Counted from the first letter of the stretch, positions 1 to 13,582 are shown. The stretch is DNA of 64,000 nt from Girardia tigrina (GCA_001938485.1 MQRK01246266.1:1-64000); one strand, 5' to 3'. Notes: generated by a model not told the origin, from the sequence alone. Translations and numbers: made by a program.

Positions 1-479
1 TGATCATCTGGTCGGGGGGATACATTTAAAAATTTCACCTCCAACTGGTTCAGCAACCTTGAGCTGATGCACCATAATATGCTGTCGGATTCATTAACTC
101 CGTCCATTTCAATTAGTTGTATCATTTGTTCTCTGTTATTTTCCTCATTGCTATTTTCAGATTTAATTTCGTTGGATTTGAGATAAATTCTTCTATCGAT
201 TGTGGTGAAGCATATTTTTTTTTAATATCAATTTAAAGGATATAAACAATCAAGATAATTTCATAAAATTTCCATTAGATATTCAGTGACGACTAGTGAA
301 TCTTTTACTAAGTTGTGATAAACTAAAAATATCAACCGAATTAGACAGTTGTAAATGTTCAGATTACAATTATAGCTCTATTGACAATTGTTCAAACTAT
401 CCGAACTTGGGTTTCAGTGTTTTAAATAATGAATTTCTTGGCAAAGCTTTAGCCAAATTCTCTTTAAAATGAGTCAATG

Positions 480-1190
480 TGATTTAATTAATATCTTCAA
501 TTCCAAAAGGGAAAAAATAAAAAGAACCCGTCGCGAAACAAGAGGAAAGATTTTATAAAAGAGGGACCCAAAAATTATAATAATTAACTCAGAAAATAAA
601 GGAAACGCTTTTAATTATATTATCAAGAGAAAGTTTAGAGTTGAGCAGCTGTTATTAGTTTTAAAAGAAAAGAGAGATCTTAGAAAGAAAATGTAGACAG
701 CTGTTATCGATTTAAAAGGAGAGAGTGGAATTGGAGTAGTCTTAAGAAAAGAAAAACAGCTGTCGTGTTATATAAAAAGAATTAAAGAATAACAACCATA
801 GCAAAAAAAAACAGAAAGAGTTGAATTATAACAAGGTGTGAATAAACATCAAAATTAAATCTCATTGAATTACTAATAATCGGAACCATCTATAAAAGGA
901 TTCAATTAAAACCTTGATTGTTTTGAAAGAAAGATTTAATTTAAGGTGCGAGCTATATAAATTATATACACTAAAATAAATATATTTTTCTATCAAAATT
1001 CATTCGGGTAAAAGAATTTCTTTTCCCGTCCTACCAAAACTACAAATTCGTAATATAGGGTTAAGACCTTAAATACTTTTTCTTAAAATTTGTACATTGT
1101 ATATTTTTAATAAAATATTTAAAATCTAATATAAATCTTATTTCCTTTGTTTAATTGCTATTTTAACTTAATCGCACCGATATACCAACA
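480..1190 (+). mobile_element. Solo-LTR-like repeat, family A copy 1 (5' end not defined)
   Basis: Ends ...TACCAACA at 1190. Shares the AGGTGYGA motif and the hairpin at 1005-1028 with copies at 3816-4542 and 54475-55250. Confidence 0.5.
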
Positions 1191-1825
1191 CTAGCACAGA
1201 ACAACGGCCGTCATCTACGAGATGATTTCTATGCAGTTTGTCGCTAATGTGACGATATATACCCATGTCCTTTTCAAGAATATTCTAGTAGACTTTAGAA
1301 GATCTGGAGGTGATGTTGCAGAATCTTCATTATTAAACTGTATTGCAACACCAGTAGGAGCACAATCGTGTTAACTATAATATTCATAGGAAATTGTGTG
1401 AAATTCTTCAGAGGCCACAGGCTTAATTCAAAATATTATAAATTTAATTTATCAAAAGAAAGTTGAAAGAAAAGAAAGAAAGATGAATGATACCGATGCC
1501 TTTATTTAAATAAAACAATTCATCAATTTTGTAATGTATGTCGACTAAATAAGTAATAGTGAAGCAGTGAATGAGTGTGGTCAAGAAAAAAAGAAAAGAC
1601 AAGAAAAGAGAATTATAAATGTTTTATTTAGAAAAGAAAAGATGACAATAATAAGAAAGTTGATGAATGATAAGATTATGTAAGAAAATCAATATGATGA
1701 ATGAAAATGGAAAATAATGAATAATGAAAGTGAAATAAGACAAGAAATGGAACATCGAATAATGTGATTGTGACAAAAGTTATAGTTGTAGTTGTTTGAG
1801 AAGAAAATAAAGAATAAAAAAAGTA

Positions 1826-1905
1826 TGGCAGGGGTGGGATTCAAACCAACGCTCTTTAGAACTGGTGCCTTAAACCAGCACCTTAGACCGCTCGTCCACG
1901 CTACC
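1826..1905 (-). pseudogene. tRNA-Leu(AAG) pseudogene
   Basis: Minus strand reads GGTAGCGTGGACGAGCGGTCTAAGGTGCTGGTTTAAGGCACCAGTTCTAAAGAGCGTTGGTTTGAATCCCACCCCTGCCA. Anticodon stem CTGGT/ACCAG, loop TTAAGGC, T-run terminator downstream. It has a C:C mismatch in the acceptor stem, a T:C mismatch in the T stem and TTC->TTT in the T loop. Confidence 0.85.
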
Positions 1906-1997
1906 GATGCCTTTGTTTACATAAAACAATTAATCGAATTCGTAATGTATGTTCACTAGATAAAAAAGTGCTTGCTTAAAGACCGTGACAAACTTAC

Positions 1998-2124
1998 CAG
2001 AAAGGTATGGCTCGAGGTACATTAAAGTGAGGCAGCTATCTTCCTTGTAAAACATCCGGGAATTAATGAAATATTCGGTCAACTCTGGTCCGATTAGTCT
2101 AGCCGATATGGGATTAAAAGACAT
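1998..2124 (-). other. Candidate first coding exon of an unidentified gene (MSFNPISARLIGPELTEYF...)
   Basis: ATG at 2124, 42 open codons, consensus donor GTAAGT at 1997-1992. No downstream exon or homology recognised. Confidence 0.25.
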
Positions 2125-2444
2125 GTGTTTTTTCACGAATAAAAGTATCCTTCGTAATGAAAAAAACAAATATCGGAATTTTATTATCACCAAAGTTTTT
2201 TTAGTTTGCTTAAACAACGATTGTTTTTTGTTAAATTTTTTTACACCGTGGAATAATTCACACAAGTAATCAAATAAAATAGTTTTTATGATTGATAAGT
2301 TTTTTATATTTAATTAATTAACTGCGTTTTCAATGTTGCGCTACACTTTGATTTTTTTGTTATTAATTTTTTTATTAAAATTAATTGAGTGTGATGAATT
2401 TTATTTTTTTGTGATCACTACAACCGCACACCACACACAACGCT

Positions 2445-3054
2445 ATGACGCACAACATGACAACACACTGCGTTTCGATAGATTGTCGTGTCTACAGTTC
2501 CGATATGCTCAGCTCGCCACAAAACCACTTCCATCATGCTCCGCTTTCATCCGTGGGAGATCATGTGGTGCTAGGAAAATTTCAAATAAAAACCATTATA
2601 TTAAAAAGATTAATTAAACAGCAAACAGTTGTTTGAATAAACTAATACATTAATGATTATGTGAACAAAATTTGAAAATAAATGCTGTGTTGATGATTCT
2701 TTTTTTCCTAAATTGGTAAACCCGATTTTCACGTACGAATGAATGGGGAATCACTCCACATTGCTCGACAGCGAACCATATCGGTCGGATCCTGTACGCC
2801 ATTGCCTCACAAAATTCGGCAACGCGCGGTGGATCCACGCGACCACACCAGCTACACATTCGGGTCACGGGTCGACGAACTGAGTCAATTGTCCAACACA
2901 TCGAGCTGCATCGGCGGTCACGGAAAGAGGCGCATGGTACGGGAAGCTTCAGCGTACCAGATTAAGGACTGCTACCAGTGGAGTATTGACCGGTAAAGGT
3001 CGGTTGAATTGAACTGTGGTCTAATTATTTCGATCCGGGGACCAGAAACTCAGG
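2445..3054 (+). pseudogene. Degraded GC-rich exon(s) with Ig-like motifs
   Basis: Peptides VSIDCRVYSS, IRQRAVDPRDHTSYT and RSVELNC resemble Ig B- and F-strand motifs. In-frame stop at 2994-2996; donor-like GTTAGT at 3055. Confidence 0.3.
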
Positions 3055-3815
3055 GTTAGTGCCCCTTTAATATCTAAAATGTAAGAGTTTGATTTGATCA
3101 ATTATTTTGTATGGGTCGTCGTTTATTTTGCGGTTTCCATATCTGAATAGATGAGAATATTATATATAGTGGTCTACAAAACCTTTATATATATATAAAT
3201 TAAAATTAATAAAAATTAAATTGATTTAAAAAAATCAATGCAAAAATTAGAAAGTCATGAATAAATTACCATTTGTATTTTTAATGATATTTGTATATTT
3301 ATCTATTGGACTTTAATACAACGTTCGGTTGACACAATATAAATCTTCTTTCATCGATTCACATTCTCATTATTTCTAATTGGATTTCGTCAATTTCAAG
3401 TTAACAACAATTTTCCATATTGAATTTCTACCACAATTTCAGCCCACAATCAGAGCAGTTTTATCGATAATTGTTAAATTTTTATGTCGGAATTTTATTT
3501 CTGTTATTTATTCATATTGTTATACAATATAGTTAAATTAAAATTAATTTTTTTCATATTTTTATTTATCAACATTATTTGATAAGAGTTCACTGAAACA
3601 TACGCATATATATTGACTGATCAGTTGAATAAATACTTTGTCGTTAAAGTTTAAATTTGCTAATTTGCATCCGATTTAGACAAAACATTTAAAATTCTAT
3701 TTTAATTAGCCTTTAATATTCATTAAAAAATAAAATCCGATAATTTGTTTCTTCAATTAAGGGATCCCATACAGGGTAACCTTCAAGTTTCTTTATTCAA
3801 TAATTTTAAGAAAAA

Positions 3816-4542
3816 TGTTGAGTATGGAAATTAATTTAATGTAATTATTGTTTTAATTATTGGGTTAAATAAATTTTGTTTAACCTATTTATCTTAATAA
3901 ATATAATATATATATAAATAATAAGAATAAAAATAAATAAAAGTGTAAATAATCTGGAATAGATTTGGAAATGTTTTGATGGAAAGAGTAATTAAAATTA
4001 TTTAAGAGTAAATAAAGAGACTTTAAAAATTGAAAAAGAGTATAAAAAAAAGAAAAAGATCACAAAGTTACCCTCTTTAATTTTACGAAGAAAGCTCTTA
4101 AGTTACGAAGAAAGTTCTTAAAGATAGTTTCAAGGTCGAGAGTCAATTATTGTGCAAGATTTGAAAGTAATCGGATCACGTCTAGCCGACTCAGAATAAA
4201 TTATTTTGAACTATATATAAATCGTGAGAAAATAAAGAAATAATTACTCTCTCTGAAGAAATCAAGTAAAGGTGTGAACTAATATAATTATATATTTTTG
4301 TAATATATATTTTATATATTTCTTTATTTAAAAAAATTTTTATTATCAAAATTTCTTTATCAATACGTGGGCAAGAGTACTTCCTCTTTCCACTCTATCA
4401 AAAATCCAAATTATTAAATATGTTAAGGTTTTCCGTAAATTATCAAACTTGTAATAATTGTACATAATAAATAAAATATTTATAAAAGAAACTCTTTGTT
4501 TTTATTTCATTGTTAATTTTATCACTCTTACATACACCAACA
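3816..4542 (+). mobile_element. Solo-LTR-like repeat, family A copy 2
   Basis: TGTTGAGTATG...CATACACCAACA imperfect terminal inverted repeat, 727 bp, no ORF. AGGTGTGA motif and hairpin at 4367-4393. TGTT..AACA ends are typical of BEL/Pao LTRs. Confidence 0.65.
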
Positions 4543-4961
4543 AAAATAAAAAAAAGTAAAAATTCTAGGTGTCAAATAGATAAAAAATAACAAAAATTCA
4601 GAAAAAATAGCAAATAATTAGTGATATTTGGTCGCGTTGCGATTCCATTTAACACTTATTTGAGCCCAATTTAAATTAAAGAGTTAAATAAATATTTTTC
4701 AATACTTAAATTAAAGAAATCAAATTAAATAATTAAATAAAGTAAATTTAAATTAAATAGAAATAAGTCAATAAATAATTTAAATAACATTAGTAAATTA
4801 AATAGTATATATATTTTTATATATATACGTATATATATATATTTATTATTATTTTTTTAAAAGACATTAATTGAAGTCTTTCAACATTTTTAAAAATTTT
4901 TTAACATAAAGTTTCTCAAATCAATGTGGTAACAACTGTAATTGCAGATAAACATTGTAAT

Positions 4962-5150
4962 TGTGACATATTTAACATACCAACACACACACGCATGAAA
5001 CATCACACATTCACATTTGTTTTCTATTTGACAGACATACACGCCCATACTTACTTTTTCATTTATAATTACACTCACATACATGCAATCCTTTTCAATT
5101 GGTTCATTCAAATGAAAAATTCACACAACTTACAAAACAAAGAACGAAAA
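4962..5150 (+). repeat. TGTGACA-initiated CA-rich interspersed repeat (family B)
   Basis: Starts TGTGACA, followed by CACA/CATACA-rich sequence. Shares ATTGGTTCATTYAAATGAA with the copy at about 18000-18200. Similar starts at 9892, 56963 and 62860 (- strand). Confidence 0.45.
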
Positions 5151-5332
5151 TAATAATTTGCTTAAAATAATGCGGCAGATAAAATCAATGAAATCGAAAG
5201 TCTGAAAACCCAATTAAACGAATATCAACGGGAATTAGACAAAAATTGTCGTTTTTTTGTCAGATGATAATCGGACATTATAAAGATCAAATTGGCAACA
5301 ATAAGTCATCTCAAAACCTTATGATCGTGATG

Positions 5333-5380
<48 letters not shown>

Positions 5381-5422
5381 CTTCAAATTTATATATATTG
5401 TGTATATATATAATTATTTCGA

Positions 5423-6250
5423 GAAAGTCTGGGTGGCGATATTAAACGACCATATTTATTAGAACTATGGAATCTAAAAGATCAACTAAACGAAGTCTTT
5501 AATCTTTGGTCGCGTTTATTGGCTCAATATTCAATTATAGAAGATAGTAACTGTCGTCAACTTTTCGATAATCACCAGATCTATTTGTACTTGTTCTCAA
5601 CTTTCTGGGATTTCGTTTCCAGTCTATATTCTCCTGAAATTGCATTGAAACATTTGCAAGAATTTAGTAAAACTGAACTGTGTCGAGCTCAATTCGATTA
5701 ATGTCTCTTGTTAGCTCTTAGTAAAAAAAATCTGCCATTTACTACTTACACAGAGTTATTTGATCAAACTCTGTCTAAAATAAACATGGAGTCTAAAAGA
5801 CTGATGGAGTTGTGTGAATCTTTGATTAAATTCTTTTTAAATAATAATGAACCGATCAAATTTGAAGAACAGTGTGTTACGGAGTCAATCAATTACCTGG
5901 AATATGTTTATGGGGTACGATTTTGTAAAGAATTTGTCGTGAGAAATTCCGATCATTCCGATTAGTGGATACGTGTCGTTAATAATTCGTTTGAGGATTA
6001 TTCCGAAACCGAGTGTCAATAGGAAAATTTTTCCCGAGAAATAAAAATTCCATGAAATTTCGTTTAATCAAATCAATCTCTTTGTGCCTAATCAATTCGA
6101 TCCGATTAATTGCTGTAGCAATTCTTGCAGTACGAGAGCTGAAGAAATAGATTGTGACGAAGCACAGCGACGATTCCTTGAACAATATTCCCTTAACCTG
6201 TTAGACGATTGAGACCGGTCTTGAATTGAGAAAGAAACCGAACTTCAATA
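5423..6250 (+). pseudogene. Degraded host-like helical-protein coding segment
   Basis: One frame runs about 180 codons (ESLGGDIKRPYLLELW...NYLEYVYGVRF) with only TAA at 5699 and TAG at 5963, joining two track ORFs. Family not recognised. Confidence 0.4.
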
Positions 6251-6469
6251 AATAAATACAATACAAATAAATTTATCTCATCTTCCTCTGAGATACAACA
6301 ATATTTATTTCGGATTCATTTAAAAAATATCGAAAGTAAAACATACTTATGATACGAATATATTTTCCAAATACGAAATTTCAACAATCAGAAATTGGTA
6401 CAACTCACAAAAAAACAAAATCAATCAATAAAAATCATGCAAATTTCGCCGCGTACAAATCCATGATTT

Positions 6470-7222
6470 TCACTCAAAATCCTGGAATTCACGTTCAATC
6501 CTGGAATCAATATGATCACTCTTTCTAATATCCACTTTCCTCTTTCGTTTTTGCTTTCTAAATCCAAAACTAAAACTTTCACGTAATTCTCTCTTCCACC
6601 AATGATCAGTTATTTCTTGTATCCCTCTCCATCGCTTCTCCAGCCTATTTGTAGATAATGACACCTGAGATGTTTCTTCCACTCCTTCATATCAAGCTCT
6701 TAAGGAATGGTTTGGAGTCAATAACACTCCATCTTTAAAATCCCCGTTGACTATCAAGATTGGTCTACCATTTACCAATCTTGCGATCTGGATAACAGCA
6801 GAAATTAGCTCCTCATCATTAATATCTGCAATTCCGATAACTAATTTCATTGCGCGATTTGCTTCTCTAACCATCACCTCGTATACACCCCCAAAATGTG
6901 GAGTTCCTGGGGGGTTAAAAATCCACTTTATCTCTCTTTTTATTTTTCTCTTTAGTGAATACGTGTCAATCACTATTGCCTCTCTATCCTTCGCAAAATC
7001 AACAAAGTTACTTCCAATGTCTGATACAATGACTTCAGGAGTTCCTCTCCGTGCAATAAAACGGTTAAACCTTCTCGCAAAAGAATCAGTGTCAAGACCG
7101 AAAGAAGACTCCAGGTTTACAGCTCTGCTCTGGATACAAGTAAAAAAACATAAATATCTTTTCTGTATTGATTTTCAAAGTCCTTGTAATGTGAGAAAAG
7201 GACCAGCATAGTCCACTGCCGT
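6470..7222 (-). mobile_element. BEL/Pao LTR retrotransposon integrase and downstream domain, degraded
   Basis: DYAGPF, FFTCIQSRAVNLE, RFIARRG, SDIGSNF, WIFNPPGTPHFGGVYE, VNGRPI, LTPNH and WWKR motifs in BEL/Pao order; several stops. Confidence 0.9.
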
Positions 7223-7229
7223 CCTCATA

Positions 7230-8851
7230 ATGTCCTTCTCGAATAATTTGGCTTTTCGCAATAGTCTTAATAGCAATACCATCTTTAACTGCTAATTCGG
7301 ATACCTTTTCTTCCGATAACGTTTTCTTGAGATAATTTGTAATATGATTTTGGGTGGTTAATTGTTTTTTCAAATTTGGTTATTCTACTATCTCATTTCC
7401 GGATCTTTTCTTAATTTTTTTTCATGTTGAAGGTTTAGATGCCTTTGTAAACCACTGTTTGAAGATCTGCAACATTAAAATAGTTTATCGCACAACTTGC
7501 AAATAGCTAAATCATTTTTGGTCGCAGATTTCGTAAAAAAATCACACATTCAGCATCTTTTGTTCATCTATGAGTATTGAATTTTTTTAATGTAACTAAA
7601 TTAAAAAATATCAATTATTAGATAGTACATAGTTATTACATAGATTTGGAGAATAAATTTGTTTTGATAACGTCGTTTTGAAGTTATATTAATTGTTCTT
7701 CAAAACAGAGATTAGAAATTCAAAATTTTATTTATCAATAAACATTTAAACAATTATCATTTTAATACATAATTTTAGAAAGTCTTAAAATATAATTATT
7801 AGTGTTAAGTTAAATAAAAAAGCATTGTTTTTTTATAAAAAGAATTTCATTAAAATTTTAAATTGTTGAGGTCTTGAAAAAAAATTTATATTATATATAA
7901 ATAATATACGGTATTAGTTTTGCTTTTTTTTGAAACTTAAGGCTCCTCTTTCGGTCATCCCTGGGAATGAGGAACTATTTCGCCTCATTCCCCGAGATGG
8001 CTCCGAATTTTGGGAGCTTATGGGTTTTGGAGGATAAAAAAAAGAAAAATATATATTTATATATATATATATATAATTTATAAAATAAAATAAATATAAA
8101 AAATAATAAAACTCTTACTTTCCAAATTTAATTTTAATGAAAATTTTGGGAAATATTTCCCTTTTTGTTAAATCGGCTTATCAGCCGACCAATGGAAATT
8201 GGCATTAGACCATCAGTAGGCCCATTAAGAAATTGAATGCCTTAATGACATAATTTGATTTATTTGCGGCCTTAATGGCCTGGCAGATTGATGAGCAATT
8301 TGGGAAAAAGATGACATAATTTGATTACGGCCTTAATGGCCTTTTGATTTATGGAATATTTAAAAAATTTTTAATTAAAGATTTTTTTTTAATTAAAATA
8401 TTTTATATATATTAAGCTCTAGTATAAATAGAGCAATATTGTTATATATAAAAAGGAAAAAGAAAACAAAAAAAACCCAAAAGTGACAGAAATAGAAAAA
8501 TGAACTATTCCTGTATAGGATTTCAGTAATATTTAGTATTTTCTAAGCTGTATAGCATTTTATAATCTTTCCTCCAATCATCTAAAAAGTTGTACAAACA
8601 TTTGCTCAAAGATTGTATTTTTATATTAAAATAAACGATTATTCGAAGAAGTGTTGTTATTTATTTGAGTCAGAGTTCATCGAGTTTAAACGTTGGGTCT
8701 GATAATTGAGCGCCGAACACCAAATAAATCCTTCTGATTTCTGTGTTCAAAATCAAATTCAAATTAAATACCTAACAAATGTAAAATTTCTCGAGAAAAA
8801 TTATTTTGTATTTTTTAATAATTCTCGAGAATTCTCGACGTGACATCTCTA
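7230..8851 (-). mobile_element. hAT-like DNA transposon 5' fragment (BED finger), interrupted by an LTR-like insertion
   Basis: Terminus TAGAGATGTC at 8851 with TTCTCGAGAA subterminal repeats. 7230-7590 encodes AICKLCDK...SGLQRHLNLQH (BED-type zinc finger). Confidence 0.65.
7864..8777. mobile_element. Solo-LTR-like element nested in the hAT fragment
   Basis: TGTTGAGGT...ACCTAACA termini. Internal direct repeats (ATGACATAATTTGATT x2, GCCTTAATG x3), GGGAATGAGG/CCTCATTCCC hairpin, TATAAATA at 8423. Confidence 0.55.
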
Positions 8852-10489
8852 GTTCTAACTATCAAAAATTTACTTCAAAATTAAATTGTAAATTTGATAA
8901 GCAAATTAAATAAATTTTATTTTCATCCTAAATTTTAAATTTCATTAATTCTTACTTTTTATTTTGTTATTAGATTATGTTGAAAAAAATCATAACTGGT
9001 TTCATTACTTATTAAATATATGATATATTGTTCTGTGATAAATCAACAATTGTTATTAATAATGTTAATTCATATGACCATATTTGAGATATCAATGTTG
9101 CCTGGTATCATCTCGTATAGGTAGATTAATTTGTTTTTATTTAAATGATAATATTGTAAAGATAAAACTTTCTCCTTTTTTGCTGCAAAGCGAGTTCAAC
9201 GCGGTCGTTGTGCTCAGATATTTTTGTGAAGTTTCTTGGTCGTCGGGTCGGCATTATTTTTTACCGTTTTATTTATAAATCTCATCCAACACCGTTAATA
9301 CTTACACTACCTTTTGTTTTATATTGTTTATCAAATTGATAAATTTTATTTTATAATAAAGTCTAAGGTTCTTAAAAAAGTAAAAATACATAAATATTGA
9401 TGTGATCAAAAAGTTATTACGTTTCTTATAAACAGCTTTTTATAAAAATAGTCATCCTTTCAATTATATGACAATTCGTACCCTTTTGTAAAGAGTGTTT
9501 TGATCGTTATTGTTTATTCGGCCAACTAGTTGATTCGCCATACTTGCAAAATGAAAATATTTCTTAATGTAAGTAAATGTGAACAAAAACGTACGCAGTT
9601 CTCTAAAAGATTTTTAGTCGAATTAAGTATTATTTACGTTGACTTATCTGAAAATAATTCAAAAACAAATTTCGGAAATCCCTTTCTAATGACTTTCTTT
9701 TCTTGGTTGGTGTAATGTAACCATTTTAATGTGGAAGTTTGAAATTTTGGAATATTTTTTTTTATGTTGGAAATAATAATAGATTATATCTATATATACA
9801 TAAACATTTGTATATACCTTTTTAATTTTAAAATAAATTTTGCTCAATCAAAAACTCGAAACTCGCCAATTTTTTTATTTAATCTTGAAATTGTGACAAA
9901 ATTTTACAAAAAATATGGTACACACATTCACCAATCAAATTTTATTTTTCCTACATACATAAAAAATTTCATTAATCAGATATACATCAAACATGCAATC
10001 ATATACATATTTATTTACATATATTCTTATCTCCTTTTCATAAATTTTACAAAATATATCATTTTGAAATTTCTGGATTTTCACTATTTCGCTTTTTTGT
10101 TTTCTAAAACTATATATTTTTACCCTTTAATTTTTTAACCTTACACCATTCGTAATTTATCGGTAAATTCTTTTAATACTAATTTTCTAAAACTATATAA
10201 ATATTATTACATGATATTTTTATTACATGTCCATTATTTTTCAGTTCTACCATTCTAATAGCTCCATTATTTCTGATTCCTAAAAACTCTTGCCTTTGTT
10301 AACAAAAATGCCATCTAAAACGATTTGATGCCATCATCACTTGTGAATATTTTTCTGTTTTTGAATTTCTACAACGATCTAAATAAGTAAAAATTCAATC
10401 AAGCTAAGTTTGGAAAATAAGGAGCATAGAAAGGCACCCAAGCCCGATTTTAAAGGTTTCTGGATAGTGGATACATCTAATACATCTAA

Positions 10490-10697
10490 CCCTTTCAACA
10501 CGATTTTTTTTATTTTAGTAATCCATGTATCTACTGTTTGCAAGTAAAACGAAACTCAAAAACAATTGCTGCACACTAAATAAGTAAAATAAAATTATAA
10601 ATTACTTTGTTGGCAATTAAATATATTGAAAATAATTAAAATATTTTGAGCTATAATATTACATGGATTACTGAAATAAAAAATCGTGTTGAAAGGG
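10490..10697. mobile_element. piggyBac-like MITE
   Basis: About 40-bp inverted repeats CCCTTTCAACACGATTTTT...AGTAATCCATGTA / TACATGGATTACT...AAAATCGTGTTGAAAGGG. A second related terminus ending in TTAA lies at 10725-10740. TTAA target duplication not intact. Confidence 0.6.
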
Positions 10698-11299
10698 TAT
10701 GCTCTGGAACAATATGTTCCCACAGTGTTGAAATGGTTAAGTAATCTTGCTGTCTAGGTTTTACTTGAATGCTTAACTTTTTGAAGAATCCAAGTTTCTT
10801 TAAATGATTTTCCATACTTGATTTAGACATTTTTAAAAATTATGCAATTTCTTTTGTCGAATAGATTCAATAACAGCTCTAATTTTTGTATCTAGGTGTA
10901 TCTTTCAGAAAAAAATTAAAGAACAAGTTTTGAGACTGTAAGAATTTTATGGTTTTCCCTTTGTACAATAAATTCAAAAAACTTTGTTGAGTACACTCAT
11001 TTTAATTATAAATTTCGAATCGAAACTTCCGTGTACAACCAGCGAGTTATATAAAAAATGATTTTAGTAAACGTTTTGGCTTCGGTGATACTTGGAATTA
11101 TGAATTTCTCATCTGAATTTGCATTTAAGTTGTCCATTATAGATATAAATGATTCAGGATGATTTTGCAAGTTATCCTTTTCGTCTGTATTCTCATAGTA
11201 AACTTTATTGTTTTTATCTCGTTCATCACCATCTTCATTGCAACAGCTATCTAAAATGTTAACCTTTAAATTCAATATTTACACATTCCAATGTGAGCC

Positions 11300-13490
11300 T
11301 CCCATCTCTTTCGAATGGTATTGAGCCTCTAGGATGTGTTTCTTCAGTGCCTATCGTTTCCTCCACCGCCGTTGAGAGAGTCGGGGGTTCCGTCATGGAT
11401 TGAATGCACATTTAGATGTAACTGCTGAAAGGATCTATCATTTTCTGATAATGTTTTGTCATCGGGTCCACATGTTACTTTTGATCCTGAATGAGGTGAA
11501 AAATCTTTCAAGACAAGATCAGATTCGACCTGTTTTGTCCGGACTTATTTTTTGCATTCGGACGTCCAGATCGTTGGATTGCCGGGCCAACCATTGACTT
11601 TATAATTCCATGCATTGTCGTCCGCATCTCAGGAAAGTGGTACCGTAATCTTCGTGCCAATATGAATTTCGGTTATTTGATTTTAGGCCCATTCGTTTGG
11701 GTTTAGTTTTTTATCCATTTCTAGTGAAATTAAAATTAGTTAGAAAATTATATTATCAATTTTATTTGTTAAATGAATCGACATAATTTTCTTACTTACA
11801 AGTATTTAACATTATATTTTTAGATAATTTTTGTATCGTTCAAAAGATTAATCATAATTTTAAATACATTGAAAATTTGCAATTCCAAGTTATAGTCAAA
11901 ATTAATATTTTTGCTTTCTGAGATTTTTATAATCATTGACTAAAATTGTCTTCATTAATTTCTTCGGAAATTTTGTTGTAATTTTGGTTCTTGACTTCGG
12001 ATTTTATTTATGTATTTTTAATTAACATTGAGAATTGAGTTTCAGTTGTTAAGTGGCAATGTATTTTTATATATTTTTTAATAATTTTTAATATTTTATT
12101 ATTTTTAAATTCGTTATTTTACTTTTTATTATGTGATTTACGAAATCACTGCAGTAATAATAATTATTGTTGATTACATAAATTTAAAATTTTGAATTGA
12201 AATTCATGATTCCATATGAAAGCAGGAATTATAATTTAATTAATTTTATGCAAAATATAAATAGGAATATGAAAATATAAATAAATAAGGATATACAATT
12301 AATAATATGTAAATTATAAAAATAAATAATAATATAAGATATAATAAATTTTGATAAAATAGAATAGACAAATAAAGATAGTAAACAGATGGGACTATAT
12401 ATAAAATTAAATCAGACCAAACAATCCGATTTAGTTTAATCCTAATAAAATCAATTCAGTTAATTAACTTTTTTATATCAATAAATTGAGTTTAATTTAC
12501 AAAAAAATAATCTAATAACTTCATGTAATTGAATTACAAAAAACTAATTCAAATCAATATAAATATCAACACGTATGATGATGTTTTTTGTTTTAAAACT
12601 ATAAAAATGTCTATGTTTAAAGGATTTTCGTCTTATTCTGAAAAATGTTTATTGTTTTCCAAATCGATAATCTATCAGCAATGTCAACGATTAACAGTGG
12701 AGGTTCCTATTGCCATAAAGACAACTCTTTGACGATAATCGATCGACAAATATATATATAAAAAGACAGACATAGAAGATGAAACTCACCGATAGTAACC
12801 CAATCCAATCATGCATTATATCAGCATTTGCTGAAGTCTCCGATGGACTACCGCGAAAACTCGTTGAACTGCATCTACTTCGAGCACGTGCGCATCTCCA
12901 CCAACAAGAGTACGTGTCCGATCTATGTGGTTTGCTAGACGCCAAACGGTTTTCGACTCAGCGTCATTGTATCCACTAGAGAATTCACACTCTGGAACCC
13001 ATTGACAATTTTAAATCCAGCTTCCAAGATAAGTCTCGTCTGTAGAATCACTAGATTCTAGATTCTTTTCATTGTCACTCCACATTTGAATTATTTTTCT
13101 TGGCTCAAGGATTTGTTTGAACCATTATGAAGTTCATTATGTCCAATATTGTCTATCATGACATTGGACCGCTCTAAGTGTAAAAATTATGGTAAAAGTG
13201 ATTATTTTATCCGATTGACAACGGGAGGTTTCGATTGTGCCGTCAGGCTTTTTAAAATTGAATATCAATTATTCATCCGTGAATGATTTACGACCGGTCG
13301 ATTTGTAACCGATACCAGCGCAACACGAGAAGCGATTGAATGTCGTCAGATAGTTGCCATCAAGGAACATTCTTGTGTCCACAATTGATGACAGAGTGAT
13401 AATTTTGTGGTAGATCAAAACTAATGACCCCGCAATATTACACTTAATAGTGTAAAAACTGTTATAGCACCTCTAAAATTATAGAAAACG

Positions 13491-13532
<42 letters not shown>

Positions 13533-13582
13533 NNNNNNNNNNNNNNNNNNNNNNNNNNNNNNNNNNNNNNNNNNNNNNNNNN

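Noticed and set aside
6747-7211. 154-aa + strand ORF (also 47579-48431 and 45996-46190)
   Set aside because: Antisense shadows of integrase or transposase coding sequence.
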